DNA of 64,000 bases from NCBI GenBank assembly GCA_016933515.1, contig JAFGAV010000113.1, positions 19,023-83,022 of the forward strand. Direction: 5' to 3'. This document shows positions 9,455 to 18,596 of this stretch, one piece after another (the first letter of the stretch is position 1; each line of letters begins with the position of its first letter). The DNA comes from Candidatus Aminicenantes bacterium (GTDB lineage Bacteria; Acidobacteriota; Aminicenantia; Aminicenantales; JAFGAV01). A program made the position numbers and the translations under genes. Under the pieces are notes generated by a model, which had not been told where the DNA came from, did not search any database, and saw nothing but the letters and a program-made list of their open reading frames with translations.

Positions 9455-11199
9455 CCAAACCCCCTGAAAAAAAGAAAGAAGAAAATCTCGAGAACGAGGA
9501 CTACGCCAAGCTCCTGGACCGGTACCAGTTCAGCGCCCGGGAGATCGCCTTCGGCTCGATCGTCCACGGCCGCATCGTCCGCCTCACCCCGACCCACATC
9601 CTGGTGGATGTCGGCGGCAAGTCCGAAGGCCTGATTCCCGTCGAGGAATTCGACCCGAACGACCTGCGCCGGCTCAAACCCGGCGACACGGTGGACGCCG
9701 TCCTGGAGAGAGCCGACCCCAAGGAAGGGGCCCTCATCCTCTCCAAACGCAAGGCCGACACCGAGCACGCCCTGGACAATCTTGAGAAAGCCTTCCACGC
9801 CCGGAGCTGGATCACGGGCAAGGTCGTCGAACGGGCCAAAAACGGCTACCTGGTCAACGTCGGCATCCCGACCTTCCTTCCCGATTCCCACGCCGATTTG
9901 AGGATGGTTCGTGACCCCTCCACGCTTATCGGAAACGCCTACAAATTCAAAGTCATCAAGTTCGACCGCAAAACCGAAAACGCCGTCCTCTCCCGCAAGC
10001 TGTACCTTCAGGAGGAAAGGGAAAAAAAGAAAAAAAAGGTTTTCGGCGCCCTCGCTCAGGGCCAAAGGCTCAAGGGCACGGTGCGCTCCCTCACCAGCTT
10101 CGGCGCCTTCGTGGACATCGGCGGGATTGAAGGTCTTCTCCACATCTCGGACATGTCCTGGGGCAAGCTCGGCCATCCTTCAGAAATGCTCGAGGTCGGC
10201 CAGGAGGTGGAGGTCGTGGTCCTGGATTTCAACGAAAAAGAGGAGCGCATCTCTCTGGGGGTCAAACAGCTCACTCCCGATCCCTGGTCCGACATCACCG
10301 AGAAATATTTTCAGGGGCAAAGGATTCACGGCAAGGTCGTCAGCCTGACCGACTTCGGGGCCTTCGTCGAGCTCGAAAAAGGGGTCGAAGGCCTGGTTCA
10401 TATCTCCGACCTGAGCTGGTCGCGCAAGCTCGTCCACCCCAAGAAAATTCTTTCCGTCGGGCAGGAGGTCGAGGTGTCCATCCTCGACGTCAATTCCGAA
10501 TCCAAGCGCATCTCCCTGGGTCTGAAGCAGATCCAGCCTCATCCTCTGGAACTCCTCAAGCAGAAAATCAAGCCGGGAAGCCGGATCAAAGGCCGGATCA
10601 CGAGCATCACGGATTTCGGAGCCTTCCTCGAGGTCGAGCCCGGCATCGAAGGCCTCATCCACATCTCCGACCTCTCCTGGGAGAAGGTCAAGCACCCTTC
10701 CGACAAGCTCAAGGTCGGGGACGAGGCTGAAGTCGTGGTGCTCAACATCGACGTCGAAAAGCAGAAGGTCTCTCTGGGCATCAAGCAGCTCCAGGGCGAC
10801 ATCTGGGAGGATTTTTTCGCCCGCCACAAAACGGGCGACCTGCTCAACGTCAAGATCGTCCGCCTGGCCGACTTCGGCGTGTTCGTTGAAGTCCTGCCCG
10901 GCATCGAGGGCGTCGTCTTTCTCTCCGAGCTCGACGAGCGCCGGATCGACAACCCGGCCGAAGCGTTCAGCGCCGGAGAAGAGAAAACGGCCAAGATCAT
11001 CAAGATGAGCGCCAAAGACAAAAAGCTGTCCCTGAGCTTCCGCCAGGCCCAGGTCGAAATGCAGCGCCTCGACTATCAGAAATTCCTGAACAGTCAGGAC
11101 GACCGGCTCACCCTGGGCGATCTCATGCGGGACAAGCTGGAGAGCATCAAATCCCAGAAGCTGTCCGCCGCCAAGAAGGAGGCGAAAAGCGATGATTAA
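9442..11199 (+). CDS. rpsA: 30S ribosomal protein S1
   Basis: Six S1 repeats (FGAFV..GLxHISD.SW). Confidence 0.96.
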   Translation: MSEMTKPPEKKKEENLENEDYAKLLDRYQFSAREIAFGSIVHGRIVRLTPTHILVDVGGKSEGLIPVEEFDPNDLRRLKPGDTVDAVLERADPKEGALILSKRKADTEHALDNLEKAFHARSWITGKVVERAKNGYLVNVGIPTFLPDSHADLRMVRDPSTLIGNAYKFKVIKFDRKTENAVLSRKLYLQEEREKKKKKVFGALAQGQRLKGTVRSLTSFGAFVDIGGIEGLLHISDMSWGKLGHPSEMLEVGQEVEVVVLDFNEKEERISLGVKQLTPDPWSDITEKYFQGQRIHGKVVSLTDFGAFVELEKGVEGLVHISDLSWSRKLVHPKKILSVGQEVEVSILDVNSESKRISLGLKQIQPHPLELLKQKIKPGSRIKGRITSITDFGAFLEVEPGIEGLIHISDLSWEKVKHPSDKLKVGDEAEVVVLNIDVEKQKVSLGIKQLQGDIWEDFFARHKTGDLLNVKIVRLADFGVFVEVLPGIEGVVFLSELDERRIDNPAEAFSAGEEKTAKIIKMSAKDKKLSLSFRQAQVEMQRLDYQKFLNSQDDRLTLGDLMRDKLESIKSQKLSAAKKEAKSDD

Positions 11200-11473
11200 A
11201 GCCGATTTGATCAACAAGATCTCCAAGGACATGAACATCCCCAAGCAGGAGGCCGAACAGGGCGTCAACCTCTTCTTCACCACCATCCGTGAATCCCTGC
11301 TCAAGGGCCAGGAGATCGAGGTTCGGGGTTTCGGCAGTTTTCGCTTCCGGACCCGGCCGGGCCGGACGGGCCGCAACCCGCGCACGGGGGAAACGGTCTC
11401 CGTCCCGCCCAAGAAAATCCTGTACTTCAAGCCCAGCAAGCAGCTCAAAACGATGATCAACAAGGCCGGCTGA
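11192..11473 (+). CDS. ihfB: IHF beta/HU family DNA-binding protein
   Basis: IEVRGFGSF, GRNPRTGE, FKPSK; directly after rpsA. Confidence 0.85.
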   Translation: MIKADLINKISKDMNIPKQEAEQGVNLFFTTIRESLLKGQEIEVRGFGSFRFRTRPGRTGRNPRTGETVSVPPKKILYFKPSKQLKTMINKAG

Positions 11474-12003
11474 TGGAGTTCCTGACCGCTCCCTGGCGCG
11501 AAGAATACATACGCAAGCTCTGCCGCCGGTCCAAAAGCTGCGTCCTGTGCGCGGCTTTAAAAAAAAAGGACGACAAGCGGGCTTACATTCTCCACCGCGG
11601 AAACCACAATTTCGTCATCCTCAACAAGTTTCCCTACACGCCGGGACACCTGATGATCGCCCCCTTTCGCCACCTGGACCGCTTCGAGAAGGCCTCCCAG
11701 CCGGCGGCGGAGGAACTGGCCGACATGCTGAGAGACTGCCTTCGGATCCTGGAGAGTCGTTACCGGCCTCAGGGCTTCAATGTCGGCATGAATCTTGGGA
11801 AATCGGCCGGTGCCGGCGTCACCGACCACTATCACCTCCACATCGTCTGCCGATGGGAAGGGGATTCGAATTTCATGCCCCTCGTGGGCGGAACGAGAGT
11901 TTTCATCGAGGACCTCGACACGGCTTACGCCCGCCTGCGGCCTCTGTTTCAGGCCTTGCCTCGGAGGGGAAAGAACGGGGGGAGCCGTCGCGGGCGCTCA
12001 TAA
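11473..12003 (+). CDS. HIT family nucleotide hydrolase
   Basis: APWR, NKFPYTPGHLM, GFNVGMNLG..AGAG..HYHLH. Confidence 0.92.
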   Translation: MEFLTAPWREEYIRKLCRRSKSCVLCAALKKKDDKRAYILHRGNHNFVILNKFPYTPGHLMIAPFRHLDRFEKASQPAAEELADMLRDCLRILESRYRPQGFNVGMNLGKSAGAGVTDHYHLHIVCRWEGDSNFMPLVGGTRVFIEDLDTAYARLRPLFQALPRRGKNGGSRRGRS

Positions 12004-12036
12004 TCCCGACGCCGGATCATCGACGGGGAGTGAAAA

Positions 12037-13182
12037 ATGCATTTCGAGCTGACGGAAGAACAGATCTTGCTCAGGAACATGGCCCGGGATTTCGCCCGGA
12101 AGGACATCGCTCCTCATGACGCGGAGCTCGAAGAACGGGAGGAATTCCCGAAGGAGATCTTGCGCCGGTTGGGTGAATTGGGTCTTCTGGGCATGAACGT
12201 TCCGTCCGAATTCGGCGGCCAGCCCATCGACTCCCTGTCCCAGATCCTGGTCCTGGAAGAACTGGCCAAGGCCTCGGCGGCCGTGTGCGTCATCGTCAGC
12301 GTCCACGTCTCGCTGTTTTGCCACGCCCTGGCCCGCTTCGGCACGGAAGAGCTCAAGAAAAAATACCTTCCCTCTGCGGCGCGCGGAGACATTCTCGGCG
12401 CCTTCTCCCTGACCGAACCCAACGCCGGGTCGGACGCCATGGCCATCCGCACCTCGGCCGTCCGACGCAAAGACACGTTCATTCTCAACGGCCGCAAGGC
12501 GTGGGTGACGAACGGCCGGAATGCGGGCGCGATCATCCTGTTCACCGCAGCCGCCCACCCTTCCGGCCGGCGGAGGCTCAATGCCTTCGTCGTCGAGCCG
12601 GGCTTCCCCGGATTCAAAATGAGCAAAGTCGAGAAAAAGATGGGGTTGCATTCCTCCCCGACCGCCGAGATCACCTTGGAGGACTGCGAGGTTCCGGCCT
12701 CGAACCTGCTGGGCGCCGAGGGACAGGGGGGGACCATCGCCCTGAACGGGCTGGACCATTCCCGGGTCGGGATCGCCGCCCAGTCCATCGGACTGGCCCA
12801 AAGGGCCCTCGAAGAAGCCGTCCGCTACGCCAAACAGCGCGAGGCCTTCGGAAAAAAGATCGCCGATTTCCAAGCCGTCCAATTCATGCTGGCCGATATC
12901 GCCACCCGCACGGAAGCCGCGCGCTTGCTGACTTACCGGGCGGCCCGACTCAAGGATTCCGACCGCCCGTTCACCGCCGAGGCCGCCATGGCCAAGCTTT
13001 TCGCCTCCGAGACCGCCAAGCAGGCCGCCGACCAAGCGCTTCAGGTCCACGGCGGTTACGGCTATTCCCGCGAATACGCCGTCGAACGGATCTACCGTGA
13101 CGCCCGCGTCCTGACGATCTATGAAGGGACTTCGGAAATCCAGAGACTGGTCATCGCCCGCCATCTGTTGAAGGAGACGTGA
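12037..13182 (+). CDS. Acyl-CoA dehydrogenase
   Basis: FSLTEPNAGSD, NGRKAWVTNG, QVHGGYGY, IYEGTSEIQ. Confidence 0.96.
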   Translation: MHFELTEEQILLRNMARDFARKDIAPHDAELEEREEFPKEILRRLGELGLLGMNVPSEFGGQPIDSLSQILVLEELAKASAAVCVIVSVHVSLFCHALARFGTEELKKKYLPSAARGDILGAFSLTEPNAGSDAMAIRTSAVRRKDTFILNGRKAWVTNGRNAGAIILFTAAAHPSGRRRLNAFVVEPGFPGFKMSKVEKKMGLHSSPTAEITLEDCEVPASNLLGAEGQGGTIALNGLDHSRVGIAAQSIGLAQRALEEAVRYAKQREAFGKKIADFQAVQFMLADIATRTEAARLLTYRAARLKDSDRPFTAEAAMAKLFASETAKQAADQALQVHGGYGYSREYAVERIYRDARVLTIYEGTSEIQRLVIARHLLKET

Positions 13183-15134
13183 GCATGCTCAAATCTATGC
13201 GCCGCAACTTCAAATCCTTCGCGCCCGCCCTGTGGCTGGTCATCATCACCTTTATCGTCGCCCTGTTCATCTGGGTACAACCCGGCGACCAAGGCGGAGA
13301 GGCCGGGGATCTCGGAGACATGGCCGTGGCCCGCGTCGGCCGGGAGACCATCACCGCCGACCAGTACGCTTCCGCCCTGCAACAGGCCATCGCATTCAAC
13401 GAGGAACGGATCGGCGAGATGAGCAAGGAAATCATCCAGCAGATCAACCTTCCCAACCAGGTCCTCCAGGAGCTCATCAGAATCCGTCTTCTCCTCCAGG
13501 CGGCCGAAGAGCGCCGGGTGACGGTGTCCGACCGCGAGTTCCAGGAGCAGGTTCTCAGCCGTTTTCCGGTTTTTCTCGACCAGAAGACCGGCCGTTTCGT
13601 GGGGCAAGAGGAATACGAAGACATTCTGACATATTACAAAATCTCGATAGCGGAATTCGAGAAGAGCATCGCCGACGCCATTCTCCTGGAAAAGATCCAG
13701 GACCTGCTGACCGCGGGCGTGTCCGTGACGCCGGAAGAAGTGCGGGACCATTACCGACGGGAGAACGAAACCGCCCGCATCGAGTACCTGCTTCTCGAAA
13801 CGAACACGGTCGAGCTTCCGGAGCCGCCCGGAGAGACGGAAATCGAGGAACATTTCAACCGGCATAAGGAGCGCTTCCGCATCCCGGAGCAACGGTCCGG
13901 AACGGCAATCTTTCTCAATCGCGAGGATTTGAAGAAAGAGGTCGAATTCTCCGCCGAAGAAATCGAACAATACTATCGCGACAACCTCGACCAGTTCCAG
14001 AATCCCGAGGAAACGCGCTTGAGCCGCATTCACATCCCCTACGGCGGCCGCGCCCGGGAGGATGTCCGCTCCGATCTCGGCCTTCTCAAGGAGCGGCTGG
14101 AGAAGGGAGAAGATTTCGGCCTGTTGGCCCAGGCGCATTCCCGGGATTCCAAGGCTTCTCAGGGCGGAGACTGGGGCGCCGTCGAATGGCGCTCGCTCCC
14201 CGAAAAGGAACAGGAAGCGATCGCCGGATTGGCAAGCGGTCAGATGTCCGAAATCGTCGAGACGGACGAAGGGATGTCTCTGCTCAAAGTGACACAGAAA
14301 ACACCGGCCTCGCCCATTCCGCTTGAGGACGCCCGTTCGAGGATCGAAACCGTACTCGAAGACCAAAAGGCGCAATCTCTGGCCGCGGAAAGAATCGGGC
14401 GCCTGGCCAAAGAAGCCAAAAAGGACAACAATCTCGGAAAAGCCGCCGAACGGCTCGGCCTCAAAGCGGTAGAGACGGGCGCGCTCAAGGAGGGCGATCC
14501 CATGGGCGTGCTGGATCCCTCGGGCGTCGTCAGCCAAGCCCTTTTCCAGCTTGAGGAAAAAGGCCTGTCCGAGGTCCTCTACACCTACCAGGGCGTCGGC
14601 CTGGCCCAACTTCTGACCGTCATCCCCTCCCATCCGGCGACTCTGGAGGAAGTGCGCGACGAAGTCCTGGACGAGGTCGTCGAAGCCAAGAAAAAAAGCA
14701 TCATCCTGGACAGAATCCGGGCGCTCCGCGGACGTCTGGCTGAAGGCCGATGGGACAACATCGGCGCGGAGGCAGCCTTGGAATACAGGACGGTCAACGA
14801 ACACAAGCGGGGGCAATATCTGAGCACCGTCGGAGAAAGCGAGGAGGTCGACCTGCTGGCCTTTTCCCTGCCTTTGAAAGCGGTCAGCGAACCCGTGGAA
14901 TTCGAGACCGGATACCTGGTGTTGCGCGTCCTGGAGCGCAAACAGATCACCCCCCAGGAATTCGCCGAGAAGGAATCCGAGGCCCGTTCGGCTCTTCTGG
15001 ACAACAAGCGCAATCTCTTCCTCGGATCCCTTTTGGCCAAGGACATAAAAGAGAAGGGCGTCCGGGTCGAATACAACAATTTCCTTCAAGTCGTCTCGAC
15101 CGTCCTGGGCCGTTTCGAAGAAAAGGAAGAATAG
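13179..15134 (+). CDS. ppiD: PpiD/SurA-like membrane-anchored periplasmic chaperone (parvulin PPIase)
   Basis: N-terminal TM helix, SurA-N region, parvulin motif GEDFGLLAQAHSRD..SQGGDWG. Confidence 0.8.
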   Translation: MSMLKSMRRNFKSFAPALWLVIITFIVALFIWVQPGDQGGEAGDLGDMAVARVGRETITADQYASALQQAIAFNEERIGEMSKEIIQQINLPNQVLQELIRIRLLLQAAEERRVTVSDREFQEQVLSRFPVFLDQKTGRFVGQEEYEDILTYYKISIAEFEKSIADAILLEKIQDLLTAGVSVTPEEVRDHYRRENETARIEYLLLETNTVELPEPPGETEIEEHFNRHKERFRIPEQRSGTAIFLNREDLKKEVEFSAEEIEQYYRDNLDQFQNPEETRLSRIHIPYGGRAREDVRSDLGLLKERLEKGEDFGLLAQAHSRDSKASQGGDWGAVEWRSLPEKEQEAIAGLASGQMSEIVETDEGMSLLKVTQKTPASPIPLEDARSRIETVLEDQKAQSLAAERIGRLAKEAKKDNNLGKAAERLGLKAVETGALKEGDPMGVLDPSGVVSQALFQLEEKGLSEVLYTYQGVGLAQLLTVIPSHPATLEEVRDEVLDEVVEAKKKSIILDRIRALRGRLAEGRWDNIGAEAALEYRTVNEHKRGQYLSTVGESEEVDLLAFSLPLKAVSEPVEFETGYLVLRVLERKQITPQEFAEKESEARSALLDNKRNLFLGSLLAKDIKEKGVRVEYNNFLQVVSTVLGRFEEKEE

Positions 15135-15147
15135 AGAGCTGCCCTCG

Positions 15148-16089
15148 ATGACGAAACTGACGCGTGCCGCCCGCAAGGCCGTCCGCGAAAGCCTGAAGCT
15201 CAAAACCACCGACCGCTTTCTGCTCATCACGGACACCGGAAGCCTGGAGGTCGCCGAAGCTCTGGCCGGCGCCGCGCGGGCCGCCGGGACCGAGACCACG
15301 ACCTGTCTCCTCCCCGAATCCCTGAGGCCGGTCGCCGAGCCGACCGAACTCCTGCGGCTTATGGTCCGCCGGGCGACGGCCTTGGCCTACGTCCTCGAAT
15401 CCCGTTACCAGGAAAAGACGTTCCGGGGCTTTCTCGTCCGCGCCGGGCGGGCCTCGGGGCGCGTGCTCATGATGCCCGGAATGACGCGGGATATGATGGA
15501 GCGGCTGGTGGACGTCGACCTCGGCGACATGAAGCGCTTCACCCGCAAGCTGGTGAGGATCCTCAAGGACGCCGACGAGATCACGGTCGAAAATCCGAGA
15601 GGAACGCGCATCTCCTTCAGCGTCAAGGCGCGGACGTGGGTTTCCAGCCTGGGCGACTTGGGTCGGCGCGGCAGCCACGGCAACCTCCCCGCCGGAGAAT
15701 GCTACACCGCGCCCGTCGAGGAAACGTTCACCGGGCGGGTCGTGCTCAGCCTGATCGACGACAAACTCGGCCCCGGCGTCCTTATGTTCAAGCGGGGGCG
15801 CCTTGAGCACTGGAGCGGCCGGGGCGTGAAGGCCATCATGGCCCACATCGGCGAAGACAAGACGGGCCGGATCATCGGCGAATTCGGCATCGGCACGAAC
15901 CGGGGAGCCCGCATCTGCCCCAACATGCTCGAGGCGGAAAAAGCCTTCGGCACGGTCCACTTCGCCATCGGCGATTCTTACGGCCTGGGCCGGAACTCGA
16001 GCCGCCATCACTACGACGCCCTGGTGGAGAAAGCCACGATCCGCGTCGGGGAGAGAACCATCGCCCGCAACGGCCGCTTTATGATCTGA
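15148..16089 (+). CDS. M29-like (thermophilic metalloprotease) aminopeptidase
   Basis: GNLPAGECYTAP, IGEFGIGTN, EAEKAFGTVHFAIG, HYD. Confidence 0.85.
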   Translation: MTKLTRAARKAVRESLKLKTTDRFLLITDTGSLEVAEALAGAARAAGTETTTCLLPESLRPVAEPTELLRLMVRRATALAYVLESRYQEKTFRGFLVRAGRASGRVLMMPGMTRDMMERLVDVDLGDMKRFTRKLVRILKDADEITVENPRGTRISFSVKARTWVSSLGDLGRRGSHGNLPAGECYTAPVEETFTGRVVLSLIDDKLGPGVLMFKRGRLEHWSGRGVKAIMAHIGEDKTGRIIGEFGIGTNRGARICPNMLEAEKAFGTVHFAIGDSYGLGRNSSRHHYDALVEKATIRVGERTIARNGRFMI

Positions 16090-16208
16090 ATGAGCATCAA
16101 GCCCAAGCCGACGGCTTTCCCATGATCACCGTCAGCCTGGTCATCCGGACCGGGCCGCTGCCGGTCAACGGGGCGGGCGCGGCGGCGGCAACCCCCTGAG
16201 AGGAACCG

Positions 16209-16973
16209 CTAGCCGGACAGGAGCTCGAAAAAAAGGGCGCGGACGCGCGCTTCCATGGCCCCGCGGAATTTCTCGATCGTCTCCCTTTCGTCCCCGCCCT
16301 GAAAATCCCTGATGTACAGGGGCGGGCCGACGTTGAGCCTCACCCGGGCGGGAATCAGCATCGGCCGGTGCGTGCCCAGGAAGGCCATGGGAGTCACGGC
16401 TACGTCCACTCCGGCGCGGACACGAAGGTTATGGGCGATATGCGCCACGCCGCTTTTAAACGGCTCGAGAAAAGGATTGGCATACATCCTCCTCAGGCGT
16501 CCTCGTCCCTGGAGGGCGACCACGGCACGGCCGGCGCGCAGATGGCTCTCGACGAGCGCCAGGGATTCGCCTTTCTGGCGGCCCGGCGAAATGTCCACCG
16601 GCACCGTTCCGATGCGCCCGATGCGCGAGGAGACGTAGCGGACAAAAGCGGACTTGAGAGGGCCGAGCAGCTTGTTGACCGTCAATCCGAACTCCTTGAA
16701 ATGGCGCTCGAGGTGGCGGCGGATGACGGCATGGAACTCCGCGGCGTCGAAAAGCTCCCGGTTGGCCGTGAAAAAGATCGGCCGGGGAACCGCCTTGAAA
16801 AGAAGAGCCACGTCCTTGAAGCTGCCGATGTGATTGCCCACCAGGACGTTCGGGCCGGAGAGCATGAAATTCCCGGCGCCTCGAACCTCGATTTTTTTGC
16901 CCAGGAGAACGACCCGCGTCAGCCTCCTGATGACGGGCCGGAACCGCTCAAGCTCTTCTTCGTATGTGGCCAT
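16209..16973 (-). CDS. Lysophospholipid acyltransferase (PlsC-like)
   Basis: NHIGSFKD (HX4D-like block), PFKSGVA, VGPP. Confidence 0.75.
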   Translation of the reverse strand: MATYEEELERFRPVIRRLTRVVLLGKKIEVRGAGNFMLSGPNVLVGNHIGSFKDVALLFKAVPRPIFFTANRELFDAAEFHAVIRRHLERHFKEFGLTVNKLLGPLKSAFVRYVSSRIGRIGTVPVDISPGRQKGESLALVESHLRAGRAVVALQGRGRLRRMYANPFLEPFKSGVAHIAHNLRVRAGVDVAVTPMAFLGTHRPMLIPARVRLNVGPPLYIRDFQGGDERETIEKFRGAMEARVRALFFELLSG

Positions 16974-17014
16974 AAAATCGGTTTCTCTGTCGTTTCTGTT
17001 TCTTTAAGATCAAT

Positions 17015-17044
17015 ATTTTATGACCTCTCCGCTACCCGTGGCAA
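17015..17044 (-). promoter_or_regulatory. sigma70 promoter of acyltransferase; abuts TSD of MITE copy 1
   Basis: TTGCCA-18-TAAAAT on the minus strand. Confidence 0.7.
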
Positions 17045-17053
17045 GCCCTTACA

Positions 17054-17135
17054 AGCTCCATGACGCCTTGTGTGCTGAATTCCGGTCTGAGGGCCAATGC
17101 TCACGCTAAAGGACCACACAAAACGTTATGGAACC
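17054..17135 (+). mobile_element. 82-bp MITE, copy 1
   Basis: TIRs AGCTCCATGACGCCTTGTGTGCT / ACCACACAAAACGTTATGGAACC; flanks GCCCTTACA / GCCCGTGCA (7/9 TSD). Confidence 0.88.
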
Positions 17136-17164
17136 GCCCGTGCAACAATTCCAGATCTTTAAGC

Positions 17165-17235
17165 GGTCAAAGGGAGCGTCTCGGCGCCTGGCGGGATTCG
17201 AATCCCGCATATCGCCTCAACGCTCCCTTTGGCCC
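17165..17235 (-). repeat. 71-bp hairpin homologous to the arms of the insert in MITE copy 2
   Basis: Minus strand reads GGGCCAAAGGGAGCGTTGAGGCGATATGCGGG..CCCGCCAGGCGCCGAGACGCTCCCTTTGACC. Confidence 0.7.
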
Positions 17236-17325
17236 TATGCCACTCTGGTCTCGGGGAAAAAATGAGACAGAAAGAAGGTTTGGATTCCGGCCGAAGCGAG
17301 CTTCAGGCCTCTCTCCCCCCGCTCC

Positions 17326-17354
17326 TTGTCAGCCGGACCGACTCGTGCTAGTTT
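17326..17354 (+). promoter_or_regulatory. sigma70 promoter of iadA-nhaC
   Basis: TTGTCA-17-TAGTTT with extended -10 TG. Confidence 0.65.
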
Positions 17355-17407
17355 AAGCTCTCTGCCGGGCCTGGAGACGGCCGCATCGAAACGACGAGGA
17401 GGACGCC

Positions 17408-18583
17408 GTGATCACTGTCATCCGCCGCGGAACGGTGTTTGCCCCCCAGCCTTTGGGTGTCAAGGACATCTGGATTTTCGGCGAACGGATCGGTTCGATC
17501 GTCGAACCCGGCGCCGTAAACGTCGAGGGCGTGTCCGTCAAAACAATCGACGCCGAAGGGTTTACGGTCGCGCCCGGGATCATCGACCCCCACGTCCACA
17601 TCCTGGGCGGAGGCGGCGAGGGCGGCCCGGCGACCCGGGCGCCCGAAATCCGCGTCGAGGACATCATCCGCAGCGGCGTGACCACGGTCATCGGCTGCCT
17701 GGGGACGGACGGCGTCACGCGGCACGCCTCCTCCCTGCTGGCCAAGGCCCGGGCCCTCGACATCGAGGGCGTCACCGCCTACATTTTCATCGGCTCCTAC
17801 GAGGTTCCGGTCCGGACGCTGACCGGCAGCGTCCGCTCCGACCTGGCGCTCATCGACAAGATCATCGGAGCGGGCGAGGTTGCCGTGTCGGACCACCGGT
17901 CCTCACAGCCGACATTCGAAGAAATCGCACGCCTGGCCGCCGAGTGCCGGGTGGGGGGCCTTCTGGGCGGCAAGGCCGGCGTGCTCCATCTCCATTTGGG
18001 AAGCGGCGCGCGGAAGCTGGAGATGCTTTTCCGGCTGACGGCTGAGACCGAGATCCCTCCCACCCAGGTCATCCCCACCCACGCCAACCGCAATCGGGCC
18101 CTCCTCGAGGAAGGCCTGCGTTGGATCCAAGGCGGCGGCTGGGCCGATCTCACAGCCGGCACGGAGCCCGAGAAGGAGAGCGACGAAGACGTCAGCGTCG
18201 AGACGGCGCTGCGACTGGCGCGGGAGCGGGGCGTTCCGCTCGAGCGGTTCACGGTGAGTTCCGACAGCAACGGCAGCCTGCCGGTGTTCGATTCGCGGGG
18301 CGAGCTCACCGGCCTGACCGTAGCCTCCCAGGACGCTCTGCTCTCGACCTTCCGCTCCCTCGTCCGTCGAAACATCCTCTCGCTGGAGGAAACCGTCCGG
18401 CTGTTCGCCTTCAACCCCGCCCGTTTTTACAAGCTCGAGCGCAAGGGCGAACTCGCCCCGGGGAAGGACGCGGACCTCATTCTCCTCGACAAGGACCTCG
18501 CCCTCAAGGGCGTCATCGCCCGGGGAGCGGAGATGATGTCCGGCGCGCGGCTTCTCGTCCGCGGAACGTTCCGGCCCGCATAG
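17408..18583 (+). CDS. iadA: Beta-aspartyl peptidase (isoaspartyl dipeptidase)
   Basis: IDPHVHILGGGGEGGPATRAPE, GCLGTDG, GEVAVSDHRSSQP, SSDSNGSLP. Confidence 0.95.
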   Translation: MITVIRRGTVFAPQPLGVKDIWIFGERIGSIVEPGAVNVEGVSVKTIDAEGFTVAPGIIDPHVHILGGGGEGGPATRAPEIRVEDIIRSGVTTVIGCLGTDGVTRHASSLLAKARALDIEGVTAYIFIGSYEVPVRTLTGSVRSDLALIDKIIGAGEVAVSDHRSSQPTFEEIARLAAECRVGGLLGGKAGVLHLHLGSGARKLEMLFRLTAETEIPPTQVIPTHANRNRALLEEGLRWIQGGGWADLTAGTEPEKESDEDVSVETALRLARERGVPLERFTVSSDSNGSLPVFDSRGELTGLTVASQDALLSTFRSLVRRNILSLEETVRLFAFNPARFYKLERKGELAPGKDADLILLDKDLALKGVIARGAEMMSGARLLVRGTFRPA

Positions 18584-18596
18584 GAGGCGCCTCGAA

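Noticed and set aside
13119..15299. 726-aa minus-strand ORF and similar long antisense ORFs (2346-4247, 4706-6772, 33571-35400, 55624-57435)
   Set aside because: They fully overlap recognised genes on the opposite strand and are codon-bias shadows.
17191..17208. tRNA T-arm-like sequence GCGGGATTCGAATCCCGC
   Set aside because: It is a perfect palindrome capping a long hairpin; no D arm, anticodon arm or acceptor stem can be built around it.
17060..17356. Short ORFs sharing peptides such as CVVNSSLRANAHAEGP or MLTLKD (also 32480-32734, 53098-53310, 54725-55636, 55494-55901)
   Set aside because: They are translations of the MITE sequence in various frames, not a protein family.
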